DNA of 64,000 nucleotides from Pseudomonadota bacterium (GTDB lineage Bacteria > Pseudomonadota > Gammaproteobacteria > Burkholderiales > SG8-39), in contig JAJZPQ010000002.1 in assembly GCA_021811085.1 (NCBI GenBank), forward strand, positions 132,698 to 196,697. Reading direction: 5' to 3'. Of this stretch, positions 18,733-28,568 are shown in pieces. Each line of letters opens with the position of its first letter. The stretch's first letter is position 1. The position numbers and the translations under genes were made by a program. The notes beneath the pieces were generated by a model. That model saw only the letters and a list, made by a program, of their open reading frames with translations, searched no databases and was not told the origin of the DNA.

Positions 18733-19110
18733 TTACTGACTGTCCGTGCCGCCGCCAGGGGCGGTGCTCGCGGCAAAGTCGATCAACAGCGACACGTTGG
18801 CGAACAACGGAATCTTCTTGGTGTATGCGAACGAAATGACGACCTCACCGCTGTCCTTGCTGATCTCCAGATCGCCCGGCGTCACCACCGTAATGCTGTT
18901 GATATTGGAATAACGATCGAACGCCTTGCGTATGTCGGCAACGCTGCCGGTGCGCCCTTCGCTGGCGGCAATGGCAACGATAGCCTTTTTCGCAGTCAGG
19001 AAATCCATGTAAGCCGGCAGGACTTTCATGGCGCCCACGGCAGCCAGGGCCAGCACCACGCCGATCAAGAAAACCACCAGAAAACTGACCCCACGTTGCT
19101 TATTGCGCAT
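18733..19110 (-). CDS. Small membrane-anchored protein of the lepB-rnc spacer (DUF4845-like)
   Basis: 125 aa. N-terminal anchor [31 protein letters not shown]. Position between lepB and rnc matches a conserved betaproteobacterial small gene; the family assignment is from memory. Confidence 0.65.
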   Translation of the reverse strand: MRNKQRGVSFLVVFLIGVVLALAAVGAMKVLPAYMDFLTAKKAIVAIAASEGRTGSVADIRKAFDRYSNINSITVVTPGDLEISKDSGEVVISFAYTKKIPLFANVSLLIDFAASTAPGGGTDSQ

Positions 19111-19124
19111 GATTGCCTAGCTCC

Positions 19125-19913
19125 CTATTTGAAACGTCCGAAGCGCCTCAACTCGCTGAAATTGAACCAGATGAAAAAAGCCTTGCCGACGATATTGGCT
19201 TCGGGCACGAAGCCCCATACCCGGCTGTCGCTGCTGTTGTCGCGGTTGTCGCCCATCATGAAGTAATGCCCCGGCGGGACCGTGCACATCACTCCATTAT
19301 TATTGTAAATGCAATTTTCCCGCAACGGGAACTGTTTTACATAGGGCAAAGCGGCCGGTTCGTTGCTGTCGAGCAGGATCGAGTGCTGGACCTTCCCCAG
19401 CGTTTCGGTGTACTCCTTCAGGTACTGGATCTTGTCCTTGAGCAGATAGTCGCCGGTCTCCTTGAGCTGCACTTCGTGGCCGTTGATGGTAAGGCGCTTG
19501 CCCTCGTAGGCAATCTTGTCCCCGGGAAGGCCGACAACGCGTTTGATGTAGTCCACCGACGGGTCCTCCGGATAGCGGAATACCATCACGTCGCCGCGCT
19601 CGGGTTCGTTGATGCTGATGATCTTGGTATTGATCACCGGCAGGCGGATGCCGTAGGTGAATTTATTGACCAGGATGAAATCGCCGACCAGCAGCGTCGG
19701 AATCATCGAGCCGGAAGGAATCTTGAACGGCTCCACCAGGAACGAGCGCAGCATGAACACGATCAGGATCACCGGGAAAAAGCTCTTCGGGTATTCGATC
19801 CACCACGGCTCGCGCGCCCCGGCAGCGCGGCGCTTGCCGAAATAAAGCACGTCCATCGCGGTGACGACGCCGGTGACGACCAGCAGACTGAACAGCAGCA
19901 GCGCAAAATTCAT
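19125..19913 (-). CDS. lepB: Signal peptidase I
   Basis: 262 aa. Catalytic Ser box IPSGSMIPTLLVGDFILVNK, Lys box YIKRVVGLPGD, GDNRDNSSDSR. Confidence 0.9.
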   Translation of the reverse strand: MNFALLLFSLLVVTGVVTAMDVLYFGKRRAAGAREPWWIEYPKSFFPVILIVFMLRSFLVEPFKIPSGSMIPTLLVGDFILVNKFTYGIRLPVINTKIISINEPERGDVMVFRYPEDPSVDYIKRVVGLPGDKIAYEGKRLTINGHEVQLKETGDYLLKDKIQYLKEYTETLGKVQHSILLDSNEPAALPYVKQFPLRENCIYNNNGVMCTVPPGHYFMMGDNRDNSSDSRVWGFVPEANIVGKAFFIWFNFSELRRFGRFK

Positions 19914-19922
19914 CTGATATCC

Positions 19923-21713
19923 TCAATCGACCTGCAGAATGGCGAGGAACGCCTCCTGCGGGATCTCCACGTTGCCTACCTGTTTCATGCGCTTTTTGCC
20001 GGCCTTCTGCTTCTCCAGCAGTTTTTTCTTGCGCGTGATGTCGCCGCCATAGCATTTCGCCAGCACGTTCTTGCGCAGAGCCTTGACCGTCTCGCGCGCG
20101 ATGATGTTGGCGCCGATTGCCGCCTGCACCGCCACGTCGAACATCTGCCGCGGGATCAGCGTGCGCATGCGCGATACCAGTTCGCGCCCGCGGTAGCGGC
20201 TGCTGTCGCGATGCACCATCAGCGACAGCGCATCGACGCGCTCGCCGTTGATGAGGATATCGAGCTTGACCACGTCCGACGCACGGTATTCCTTGAACTC
20301 GTAGTCGAGCGAGGCGTAGCCGCGGCTCGCGGACTTGAGCTTGTCGAAGAAATCCATCACCACTTCGGACAGCGGCATCTCGTAGGTCAGCATGACGTGC
20401 CGCCCGGTATACTGCATGTTCGTCTGCACGCCGCGCTTCTGCGTGCACAGCGTCATGATCGCGCCGACGTGCTCCTGCGGCACGAAGATCGTGGTGGTGA
20501 TGATCGGCTCGCGTATTTCTTCGATGCGCGACAGATCCGGCATCTTGGCCGGGTTCTCCACGCGCTCCAGCGTGCCGTCGCGCATGAGCACCTCGTACAC
20601 CACGGTGGGCGCAGTGGTGATCAGGTTCTGGTCGTACTCGCGCTCGAGGCGTTCCTGCACGATGTCCATATGCAGCAGCCCGAGAAAGCCGCAGCGAAAG
20701 CCGAAGCCGAGTGCCTGCGACACCTCGGGCTCGAATTGCAGCGAGGCGTCGTTGAGCTTGAGCTTGTTCAGCGCGTCGCGCAGACCGTCGTACTGATTGG
20801 CCTCGACCGGGTACAGGCCCGCGAACACCTGCGGCTTGATCACCTTGAACCCGGGCAGCGCGGCCGCCGCCGGACGCTCGGCCAGGGTGACGGTGTCGCC
20901 GACCTTGGCCGCCTCCAGCTCCTTGATGCCGGAGATGATGAAACCCACTTCGCCCGCCGACAGGCTCGGCCGCGACTGCGACTTGGGCGTGAACACGCCC
21001 ACCTGTTCGCACAGGTGCACCGTGCCCGAAGACATGAGCAGTATCCTGTCCTTGGGGCGCAGCGCCCCGTCCATCATGCGCACCAGCATCACCACGCCGA
21101 CATAGTTGTCGAACCAGGAATCGATGATCAGCGCCTTGAGCGGCGCCGCGGGGTCACCCTTGGGCGGGGAAATGCGCGTGATCACCGCCTCGAGGATGTC
21201 CTGCACGCCTTCACCGGTCTTCGCGCTCACGCGCAATGCGTCCTTGGCGTCGATGCCGATCACGTCCTCGATCTCGCGGATCGCCCCCTCCGGATTGGCC
21301 GAAGGCAGGTCGATCTTGTTGAGCACCGGCACGACCTCGACGCCCTGCTCGATCGCGGTATAGCAGTTGGCCACGGTTTGCGCTTCCACGCCCTGCGATG
21401 CGTCGACGACCAGCAGCGCACCCTCGCAGGCCGCGAGCGAGCGCGACACCTCGTAGGAAAAGTCGACGTGCCCCGGCGTGTCGATCAGGTTCAGGTTATA
21501 GATTTCGCCGTTGCGCGCCTTGTATTGCAGCGCCGCCGTTTGCGCCTTGATGGTGATGCCGCGCTCGCGTTCCAGATCCATGGAATCGAGCACCTGCTCC
21601 TCCATTTCGCGCTCCGACAATCCGCCGCAGAGCTGGATGAAGCGGTCGGCCAGCGTGGATTTGCCGTGATCGATATGGGCGATGATGGAAAAATTGCGGA
21701 TGTGCTGCATCAT
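19923..21713 (-). CDS. lepA: Elongation factor 4
   Basis: 596 aa. [32 protein letters not shown] and the LepA-specific C-terminus. Confidence 0.95.
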   Translation of the reverse strand: MMQHIRNFSIIAHIDHGKSTLADRFIQLCGGLSEREMEEQVLDSMDLERERGITIKAQTAALQYKARNGEIYNLNLIDTPGHVDFSYEVSRSLAACEGALLVVDASQGVEAQTVANCYTAIEQGVEVVPVLNKIDLPSANPEGAIREIEDVIGIDAKDALRVSAKTGEGVQDILEAVITRISPPKGDPAAPLKALIIDSWFDNYVGVVMLVRMMDGALRPKDRILLMSSGTVHLCEQVGVFTPKSQSRPSLSAGEVGFIISGIKELEAAKVGDTVTLAERPAAAALPGFKVIKPQVFAGLYPVEANQYDGLRDALNKLKLNDASLQFEPEVSQALGFGFRCGFLGLLHMDIVQERLEREYDQNLITTAPTVVYEVLMRDGTLERVENPAKMPDLSRIEEIREPIITTTIFVPQEHVGAIMTLCTQKRGVQTNMQYTGRHVMLTYEMPLSEVVMDFFDKLKSASRGYASLDYEFKEYRASDVVKLDILINGERVDALSLMVHRDSSRYRGRELVSRMRTLIPRQMFDVAVQAAIGANIIARETVKALRKNVLAKCYGGDITRKKKLLEKQKAGKKRMKQVGNVEIPQEAFLAILQVD

Positions 21714-21761
21714 GAAAAAGGGCGCCTGTATGGCACCCTTTGAAGAATAACATTCGGTATT

Positions 21762-22028
21762 TTAACGGATTTTGGCCAAATAAGCACGGAGTTTGGGGGT
21801 GTCGAGATGGTAGTGGCACAGTTCGGTGCCGGCATGCATCAGCACCGGCACCAGCTCGCCGAAACGCGCCTCCAAAGCCGCATCGCCGTCCACATCGACC
21901 ACATCCACGGCAAAGCCGAACTCGTCGCGCAGCGGTGCGAGCGCGGCCAGCATGTCCTCGCACAGATGGCAATAATTGCGGCCATACAGTACGAAGCGCG
22001 CATGCGCCGCAGCAGTCGCCGCTCGCAT
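21762..22028 (-). CDS. Glutaredoxin-like small protein
   Basis: FVLYGRNYCHLCEDML carries a CxxC redox motif in a thioredoxin-fold context. ~88 aa from ATG 22028. Confidence 0.6.
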   Translation of the reverse strand: MRAATAAAHARFVLYGRNYCHLCEDMLAALAPLRDEFGFAVDVVDVDGDAALEARFGELVPVLMHAGTELCHYHLDTPKLRAYLAKIR

Positions 22029-22041
22029 CACAGCCGTCCCG

Positions 22042-23457
22042 TCATTTGCCGTTCTGGCCTTTGACGGTGACAAAGCTTTGATTCTCCCCGCGGCGCACAT
22101 GCAACGTAATGGTGACGGACTTGTCTATGGCGTCCAACGCCTTGTTGAACTGCGCCACGCTCTTGGCTTCGGTATTGATGCCCTTGTGAATCAGGGCCAG
22201 GATGATGTCGCCTTTGCGGATATCGGCGCGCGACTGGCCGCGCACCTCGTCCACGAGCACGCCGCTCGATAGCTTCAACTCCTTGCGCTGCTCTGCGGAC
22301 AGTTCAGACAGCACCAGGCCGAGGCGGTTGGCTGCGGCCTCGACCGGCTTGGCGCGCTTGGTCTCGCCGTTGGCGACCTTGTCCGCAGGTATCTCCGCCA
22401 CGGTAACCGTCAGGTCCTTGGCCGCGCCGTTGCGCCACACCTGCATGCTCGCTTTGCTGCCCGGCCGGGTCGCGCCGACGATGCGCGGCAGTTCGCTCGA
22501 GCTCGAGACGTTCTTGCCGTCGAACTTGAGGATGATGTCGCTCACTTCCACGCCCGCCTTGTCCGCCGGCCCGCCCTTCTCCACCGCATTGACGAGCGCG
22601 CCCTGGGGCGTGGGCAGGCCGAAGGAATCGGCCAGTTCCTTCGTTACTTCCTGGATCACCACGCCGATGCGGCCGCGGCTGACATGCCCGCTCGCGCGCA
22701 GCTGGTTCTGCACGTCGAGCGCGAGATCGATGGGGATCGCGAACGACAGTCCCATGTAGCCGCCGGTGCGGCTGTAGATCTGCGAGTTGATGCCGACCAC
22801 CTCGCCGCGCAGATTGAACAGGGGGCCGCCCGAGTTGCCCGGGTTCACCGCGGCGTCGGTCTGGATGAAGGGCACCAGGTTTTCCTGCGGCAGCGAGCGC
22901 GCCTTGCCGCTGACTATGCCTGCGGTGACGGTATTGTCGAAACCGAAGGGTGAGCCGATCGCGAGCACCCATTCACCCACCTTGAGCTTGTTCGGATCGC
23001 CGAATTTGACCGCCGGCAGGCCGCTCGCGTCGATCTTGATCAGCGCCACGTCGGTGCGTTTGTCGGTGCCGATGAGCTTGGCCTTGAACTCACGCTTGTC
23101 GGTGAGGCGCACGGTGATTTCGTCGGCGCCTTCAACCACGTGGGCATTGGTGAGGAGATAGCCGTCGGCGCTGATGATGAAGCCGGAGCCGAGCGAGCGG
23201 GTGGAAAACTCGCGCGGCGAATCGCCCTGATTGGGCGGCATGAAGCGGCGGAAGAACTCGAAGAACGGATCGTTCTCGTCCAGATTCGGGAGCTGCGGAA
23301 TTTGCGGATGCGCGCGCAAGGTCTGCGCGGTGCTGATGTTGACCACGGCCGGCCCCTGTTTTTCCACCAGCTCGGTGAAATCGGGCAATTCGCGCGCCTG
23401 GGCATAGGCACTGAGCGGCAACAGCAGTGCCAGGCATAGGAGCAGTGTCTTTCGCAT
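22042..23457 (-). CDS. mucD: Periplasmic serine endoprotease, DegP/MucD (HtrA) family
   Basis: 471 aa. Signal peptide, catalytic GNSGGPLFNLRGEVVGINS, two PDZ-like C-terminal domains. Downstream of rpoE-rseA-rseB. Confidence 0.9.
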   Translation of the reverse strand: MRKTLLLCLALLLPLSAYAQARELPDFTELVEKQGPAVVNISTAQTLRAHPQIPQLPNLDENDPFFEFFRRFMPPNQGDSPREFSTRSLGSGFIISADGYLLTNAHVVEGADEITVRLTDKREFKAKLIGTDKRTDVALIKIDASGLPAVKFGDPNKLKVGEWVLAIGSPFGFDNTVTAGIVSGKARSLPQENLVPFIQTDAAVNPGNSGGPLFNLRGEVVGINSQIYSRTGGYMGLSFAIPIDLALDVQNQLRASGHVSRGRIGVVIQEVTKELADSFGLPTPQGALVNAVEKGGPADKAGVEVSDIILKFDGKNVSSSSELPRIVGATRPGSKASMQVWRNGAAKDLTVTVAEIPADKVANGETKRAKPVEAAANRLGLVLSELSAEQRKELKLSSGVLVDEVRGQSRADIRKGDIILALIHKGINTEAKSVAQFNKALDAIDKSVTITLHVRRGENQSFVTVKGQNGK

Positions 23458-23536
23458 CGTTACGTCCCCTTATTGCGTATCACAAGGTGTTACAAGAAAA
23501 CGCCGTTACGAGTCCGCATAAGCCGCGGATCATCGA

Positions 23537-24490
23537 TTACGGCTTATGGTACTCCACCGACTCCGCCAGTTTTTTTACACTCTCGGCGGGAGTCTCCCCG
23601 ACTACGGTCACCAGATGGCCGGCGATCTGTCTGCTGTAGATATTGATCGCGCCTTGATGCGACAAGCCCGGCGGCGGCAGCGAGGTCTTGTTCGCCAAAG
23701 GCTCGATGAACACCGATACCGCGGCCAGGCCGTCCGAATAGACCACGTGCCCGACTTCGTTCGAACCGCCCTGGGTGCGCCGCATTTCGGTCACTTTCCT
23801 GAAGCCGGGCAGCTCCGCGCCTATGCTCCAGCCGGATGCAGCCAGGCTGGCGGCCACGGCACCGGAATTCTCGATATGCCAGGCACGCGACTGCGCCAGG
23901 AATTTCGACTTCAGCTGGTCGTGGCCGACCTTGCCGATGTGGATTTCGGTGAACGCGAATTGTTCGATCGGCTCGCCCTTGTCGTTCAACGTCTGGGATT
24001 TGAGCAGCATGCCCGATACCGTGTCCGCGCACAATTTGCGCCCGTAGCGCAGCGTGTCCTTGGGCTGGAGCACGATCGCCTGGCACTCGTGGCCGGCAAC
24101 GCGATCCACCGGCCCGGCGCTGACGTCGTAGTGCTCGCCGATATCCTGCAGGTTTTCCGGCAGCAGCGCCGGGAATACCTTGTGGTCCGTTTGCTTGTCG
24201 ACTTTTATGGTCTTGCTGTCGGGCAGATAGCACTTCACCTCGTCGCCGCTGCGCACGATTTCGCGCGGGCGGCCATCGAGCGTCTCCAGCTTTTCCTGCG
24301 GCCCGTGCCGGCCGGCAATATGGACGATGCGCGAGGTCTCGGCCTGGTCCCCGCTGCGGTAGATGAAGGTCCCGGTGTAGCTGAGCTTCTGCGTCGCCGC
24401 GTGGATGCGCTGCAGCCACGACAGCGCATCGCCGTCGGCCCGCGCCGTCTGCAGCGACAACGCGAGCAGCAGCATGACCAGAACTCTCAT
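23537..24490 (-). CDS. rseB: Sigma-E regulatory protein RseB/MucB
   Basis: Signal peptide MRVLVMLLLALSLQTARA, then WLQRIHAATQKLSYTGTFIY. ATG 24490 overlaps the rseA stop (ATGA). Confidence 0.85.
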   Translation of the reverse strand: MRVLVMLLLALSLQTARADGDALSWLQRIHAATQKLSYTGTFIYRSGDQAETSRIVHIAGRHGPQEKLETLDGRPREIVRSGDEVKCYLPDSKTIKVDKQTDHKVFPALLPENLQDIGEHYDVSAGPVDRVAGHECQAIVLQPKDTLRYGRKLCADTVSGMLLKSQTLNDKGEPIEQFAFTEIHIGKVGHDQLKSKFLAQSRAWHIENSGAVAASLAASGWSIGAELPGFRKVTEMRRTQGGSNEVGHVVYSDGLAAVSVFIEPLANKTSLPPPGLSHQGAINIYSRQIAGHLVTVVGETPAESVKKLAESVEYHKP

Positions 24491-24984
24491 CGACGCGCGC
24501 TGCTCCGCTCTTCGGCCACGGTGCGCACATAGGACGCGACGCCCTGCATCGCATTGCTCGGGGAATAGCGCTGGTGCGCAAGCAGGTAGTCGTTCGCACC
24601 CTCGCCTGCCGGCACTGCGACTTGCTCCGCCCGCGGCGGAGTGGCAACGGCAACCTGTACTGCATTCTGCTGCGTTCCGGACAACGCGATCCAGCCGACG
24701 AACGCCACCGCGGCTACGCTCGCCGCCAGCGACAATGCCGCCCAGCGCATACGTTCCGCTTTGCTGCGGCGCTGCGGCGCAAGCACCGTGGGCTCGGCAT
24801 CGAGCCGGGCGCGGATCGCGTCGCACAGATCCGGGCCCTGCACGCCACGCAAGGCGTCCCCGATCAGGTGGTAGCAATCCCAGTCCTGGCGCAGCTGTAC
24901 GTCACGCTTGATCTGCGGCAGCAGCGAACCCGTCTGCTCGCCGCTCAACTCGCCGTCCATCCAGGCAGACAAAGTCTCTTTCAT
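24487..24984 (-). CDS. rseA: Anti-sigma-E factor RseA/MucA
   Basis: N-terminus MKETLSAWMDGEL (typical anti-sigma-E N-domain) and a central TM segment (WAALSLAASVAAVAFVGWIAL). Sits between rpoE and rseB. Confidence 0.75.
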   Translation of the reverse strand: MKETLSAWMDGELSGEQTGSLLPQIKRDVQLRQDWDCYHLIGDALRGVQGPDLCDAIRARLDAEPTVLAPQRRSKAERMRWAALSLAASVAAVAFVGWIALSGTQQNAVQVAVATPPRAEQVAVPAGEGANDYLLAHQRYSPSNAMQGVASYVRTVAEERSSARR

Positions 24985-24988
24985 GGCG

Positions 24989-25588
24989 TCACCATCTCTT
25001 GTCTTTAGATATATCCAACAGCGGCCGCAACTGCTCCGCAATGGCCTCGCGCGCGCGGAATATGCGCGAGCGCACCGTGCCGATCGGGCACTCCATGATC
25101 TTCGCGATATCCTCGTAGCTCATGCCTTCGATTTCGCGCAGCATGATCGCCGCCCTCAGTTCCTCAGGCAGCCGATCCATGCTTTGGTTCACGGTTTGTG
25201 CGATCTGCTTGCTCATCAGCAGATTTTCCGGGGTATTGAGGTCGCGCAGCTGGTCGCCTTCGTCGAACGCCTCCGCCTCTTCCGAATCGTGGTTGGTGGT
25301 GGTGGGCGCGCGCCGCCCCATCGAAGCGAGGTAGTTCTTGGCGGTGTTGATGCCGATGCGGTACAGCCAGGTGTAGAAGGCGCTGTCTCCGCGGAAGGAC
25401 GGCAAGGCCCGGTAGGCCTTCACGAACGCCTCCTGCGTCACATCCTCGACTTCGCCCGCATCGCGGATGAAGCGCGACAGCAGGCGCCCGAGCTTGCGCT
25501 GATACTTGCTGACCAGCAGTTCGAATGCATGCTTATCACCCTGTTGCGCACGCTCGACCAGCTGCTGGTCAATGTCGCGCTCACTCAT
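24989..25588 (-). CDS. rpoE: ECF RNA polymerase sigma factor sigma-E (sigma-24)
   Basis: 199 aa from ATG 25588. LVERAQQGDKHAFELLVSKYQRK, region 2 (DVTQEAFVKAYRAL), region 4 HTH (MSYEDIAKIMECPIGTVRSRIFRARE). Confidence 0.93.
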   Translation of the reverse strand: MSERDIDQQLVERAQQGDKHAFELLVSKYQRKLGRLLSRFIRDAGEVEDVTQEAFVKAYRALPSFRGDSAFYTWLYRIGINTAKNYLASMGRRAPTTTNHDSEEAEAFDEGDQLRDLNTPENLLMSKQIAQTVNQSMDRLPEELRAAIMLREIEGMSYEDIAKIMECPIGTVRSRIFRAREAIAEQLRPLLDISKDKRW

Positions 25589-25806
25589 GCGCCGCCCTTC
25601 CCCTAAGCCCTGGGGCCGTTCTTGCTTTGTCGCGCCCAGGCAATTTTCAGTATACCCCAACTGTCCCGGCAGCCGCGTGAAGGCGGCCCCCGGGACGAAG
25701 TCCAACTCAAGCATTTTCATTGGCGTCGCGCTGCTACCGGGGAATTTCAAGGCTTACCTCGCGCACGTAGGACCACCACGGTTCGACCCCTAGCCGCCTA
25801 TTAAGT

Positions 25807-26226
25807 TCACCGTCCGAGACGCCAGCGCAGCCATACGCGCAGACGGCGCAGGTCCTCGGCCGCCGCGGCATCTGGCAGCAGCACCAACGAGCGGCGACCG
25901 CCGCCGCTTGCCAAATTCACGACGATGATCCAGCCGGACACATAGCTGTCCGCCAGTATTTCCGCCTCTTGCCATGCCCCGCGCCCGTCTTGAAGGCGAA
26001 CCCCGCCCTGGGACCTCAACTCCAGGGCGCGCGCGGCGCCGGCGACCCACTGCAGGGCCTGCGCGCAATGCCAGCCCCAGGCGAGGACCATGCCCGCCGC
26101 GATCGGCGCGAACGCGAGCGCGGGCAGGCTGATCCAGGCGCAGGCGAGAGCCGCCGCGGCCATCAGCGTCAGGGCCAGTGCTAGAACGCGGGAGGGTCTT
26201 AAGGCAAGGCTTAGGGTCTGGATCAA
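25807..26226 (-). CDS. YgfX/CptA-like two-TM inner-membrane protein (tentative)
   Basis: Two hydrophobic helices (VLALALTLMAAAALACAWISLP / IAAGMVLAWGW). Then RALELRSQGGVRLQDG...WIIVVNLASGGGRRSLVLLPDAAAAEDLRRLRVWL, collinear by eye with E. coli YgfX (GEIRLL.DGRLRW...MMLRLRSDGGKRQHLWLAADSMDEAEWRDLRRIL). Start uncertain; TTG 26226 overlaps the fabF stop. Confidence 0.45.
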   Translation of the reverse strand: MIQTLSLALRPSRVLALALTLMAAAALACAWISLPALAFAPIAAGMVLAWGWHCAQALQWVAGAARALELRSQGGVRLQDGRGAWQEAEILADSYVSGWIIVVNLASGGGRRSLVLLPDAAAAEDLRRLRVWLRWRLGR

Positions 26227-27461
26227 ACCCGGGCAAAAACCAGCGTGCCGTTGGTGCCGCCAAAGCCGAAAGAATTCGACAGCGCCACATCGATCTTCAT
26301 CTGGCGCGCCGTGTTCGGCACGTAATCCAGGTCGCATTGCGGATCCTGGTTGAAAATATTGGTCGTCGGCGGCGCGACCTGGTGATGCACCGCGAGCGCA
26401 GAAAACACCGCTTCCACGCCGCCTGCCGCGCCCAGCAGATGCCCGGTCATGGACTTGGTCGAGCTGACCGCGACCTTCTTCGCATGCGCACCCAGGCTGC
26501 GCTTCACCGCCGTGGTTTCGGCGAGGTCGCCCAGCGGCGTCGAGGTGCCGTGGGCATTGATGTAATCGACCTGGTCGGCGTTGAAGCGGGCGTTGCGCAA
26601 TGCGGCGTTCATGCAGCGCGCCGCGCCGTCGCCGTCTTCGCGCGGCGCCGTCATGTGGAACGCGTCGCCGCTCATGCCGTAGCCGGCGAGTTCGGCGTAG
26701 ATCCTGGCTCCGCGCGCCTTGGCGTGCTCGTATTCCTCGATCACCAGCACGCCCGCGCCCTCGCCCAGGACGAAACCATCGCGGTCTTTATCCCAAGGCC
26801 GGCTTGCCGTGGCCGGATCGTCGTTGCGATGCGACAGCGCGCGCGCCTGGGCGAATCCGCCCATCGCAAGTTCGGTGACCACGGCTTCGGCACCGCCGGC
26901 CACCATCACGTCGCAGTCGCCGTATTCGATCAGGCGCCCGGACTCGCCGATGCAATGCGTCGCCGTGGTGCAGGCCGTGACCATGGCGAGGTTCGGGCCC
27001 TGCATGCCGTACTTGATCGACAGGTTCCCGGAAATCATGTTGATGATCGTACTCGGAATGAAAAACGGCGAGATCTTGCGCGGCCCGCCGGCGAGCAGTT
27101 CGCGCTGCGTCTGCTCGATCATTTGCAGCCCGCCGATGCCGGAGCCGATATTCACCCCGACGCGCTCGGCATTTTCGGGCGTGACCTGCAGGCCGCTATC
27201 CCGGATCGCCTGTATGCCCGCGGCCATGCCGTAATGGATGAACGTATCCATATGGCGCGCTTCCTTGCGCTCCAGGTACAGCGACAGATCGAAACCCTTC
27301 ACCTCGCCTGCGATTTGGCAGGCGAGGCGCGCGGGATCGAAGCGGCTGACTCGGGTGATGCCTGAGCGGCCGGCGAGGATGCTGGCCCAGGCTTCTGCTA
27401 CGGTATTACCAACCGGGGAAATGATGCCCAACCCGGTAATGACGACTCTGCGGCGGGACAA
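26223..27461 (-). CDS. fabF: 3-oxoacyl-ACP synthase II
   Basis: 412 aa. RRVVITGLGIISPVG, active-site Cys in VTACTTATHCIG, HGTSTPLGD, SFGFGGTN. Confidence 0.95.
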   Translation of the reverse strand: MSRRRVVITGLGIISPVGNTVAEAWASILAGRSGITRVSRFDPARLACQIAGEVKGFDLSLYLERKEARHMDTFIHYGMAAGIQAIRDSGLQVTPENAERVGVNIGSGIGGLQMIEQTQRELLAGGPRKISPFFIPSTIINMISGNLSIKYGMQGPNLAMVTACTTATHCIGESGRLIEYGDCDVMVAGGAEAVVTELAMGGFAQARALSHRNDDPATASRPWDKDRDGFVLGEGAGVLVIEEYEHAKARGARIYAELAGYGMSGDAFHMTAPREDGDGAARCMNAALRNARFNADQVDYINAHGTSTPLGDLAETTAVKRSLGAHAKKVAVSSTKSMTGHLLGAAGGVEAVFSALAVHHQVAPPTTNIFNQDPQCDLDYVPNTARQMKIDVALSNSFGFGGTNGTLVFARV

Positions 27462-27496
27462 AATGCCTCCGGCAAAAGGCGCGCTGGCGCTTGGAA

Positions 27497-27739
27497 TTAG
27501 GCTTTCTTGGCGTGGCTGTTTACGTAATCGATCGCCTGCTGCACGGTGGTGATTTTCTCCGCGTCTTCGTCCGGAATCTCAGTCTCGAATTCCTCTTCCA
27601 GAGCCATGACCAGTTCCACCGTATCGAGCGAATCTGCACCCAGGTCATCGATGAAGGAGGACTCATTCTTGATCTCGGCCTCGTTTACGCCCAACTGCTC
27701 GGCGACGATCTTTTTCACACGTTGTTCAACATTTTCCAT
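27497..27739 (-). CDS. acpP: Acyl carrier protein
   Basis: 80 aa with the phosphopantetheine site [19 protein letters not shown]. Confidence 0.95.
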   Translation of the reverse strand: MENVEQRVKKIVAEQLGVNEAEIKNESSFIDDLGADSLDTVELVMALEEEFETEIPDEDAEKITTVQQAIDYVNSHAKKA

Positions 27740-27825
27740 TTGATTCTCCTTCCCTCGTTTTTGCTTCGAAAACAGTCGCGCATTTTACCAAAATTCACCG
27801 ACCGGCGTTTGAATATTCGGCGCCT

Positions 27826-28566
27826 TCACGCCATGTACATGCCGCCGTTCACATGCAGCGTGGTGCCGGTGATATAACCCGCCTGGGGCGAGGCGAGGAA
27901 CACCACTGCCGCCGCGACGTCTTCGGCCGTGCCCAGGCGCGCCAGCGGAATCCGGCCCAGGATCGCCTGGCGCTGCTGCTCGTTCAGCGCACGCGTCATG
28001 TCGGTATCGATGAAGCCAGGCGCAACGCAGTTCACGGTAATGTTGCGGCTCGCGATTTCCTGAGCCAGCGAACGCGCCATCCCGGCGATACCCGCCTTGG
28101 CCGCGGCATAGTTGATCTGGCCGGGGTTGCCCGAGCTGCCCACCACCGACGTGATATTGATGATGCGCCCGGCGCGCGCCTTCATCATGCCGCGCAGCAC
28201 CGCGCGCGACAGGCGGAACACCGATTTCAGATCGGTGTCGATCACCGCATCCCACTCGGCTTCCTTCATGCGCATGGCCAGGTTGTCCTGGGTGATGCCG
28301 GCATTGTTGACCAAAATGCCAATGGCGCCGAAATCCTTCTCGATCTGCGCCATCAAGGCATCGATGGCTGCAGCGTCGTTGACGTCGAGCACAGCCCCCC
28401 TGCCGCCATATCCGGCTGCGGCCAGATAATCGCCGATCGCCTGGGCGCCGCCTGCCGAAGTCGCGGTGCCGATCACTTTCGCGCCTTGCGCCCCTAGCCC
28501 GAGAGCAATCGCCTTGCCTATGCCGCGCGTGGCTCCGCTCACCAATGCGATTTGTCCTTGCAGCAT
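27826..28566 (-). CDS. fabG: 3-oxoacyl-ACP reductase
   Basis: Start ATG 28566 (MLQGQIALVSGATRGIGKAIA). SDR catalytic NYAAAKAG. 246 aa. The long upstream ORF extension runs through fabD and was discarded. Confidence 0.93.
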   Translation of the reverse strand: MLQGQIALVSGATRGIGKAIALGLGAQGAKVIGTATSAGGAQAIGDYLAAAGYGGRGAVLDVNDAAAIDALMAQIEKDFGAIGILVNNAGITQDNLAMRMKEAEWDAVIDTDLKSVFRLSRAVLRGMMKARAGRIINITSVVGSSGNPGQINYAAAKAGIAGMARSLAQEIASRNITVNCVAPGFIDTDMTRALNEQQRQAILGRIPLARLGTAEDVAAAVVFLASPQAGYITGTTLHVNGGMYMA

Positions 28567-28568
28567 GA

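Noticed and set aside
19113-21743. 876-aa plus-strand ORF
   Set aside because: Antisense to lepB and lepA, both highly conserved with clear motifs. Low-complexity R/H/D/L/A composition. Shadow ORF.
25649-25703. Sigma-E-type autoregulatory promoter upstream of rpoE (GGACTT at 25698-25703, 17 nt, TCACG; also a TATACT at 25649-25654, minus strand)
   Set aside because: The -35-like element is acceptable, but the -10 (TCACG) is a poor match to TCNAA-type sigma-E boxes. The TATACT has no credible -35. Too weak to call without 5' end data.
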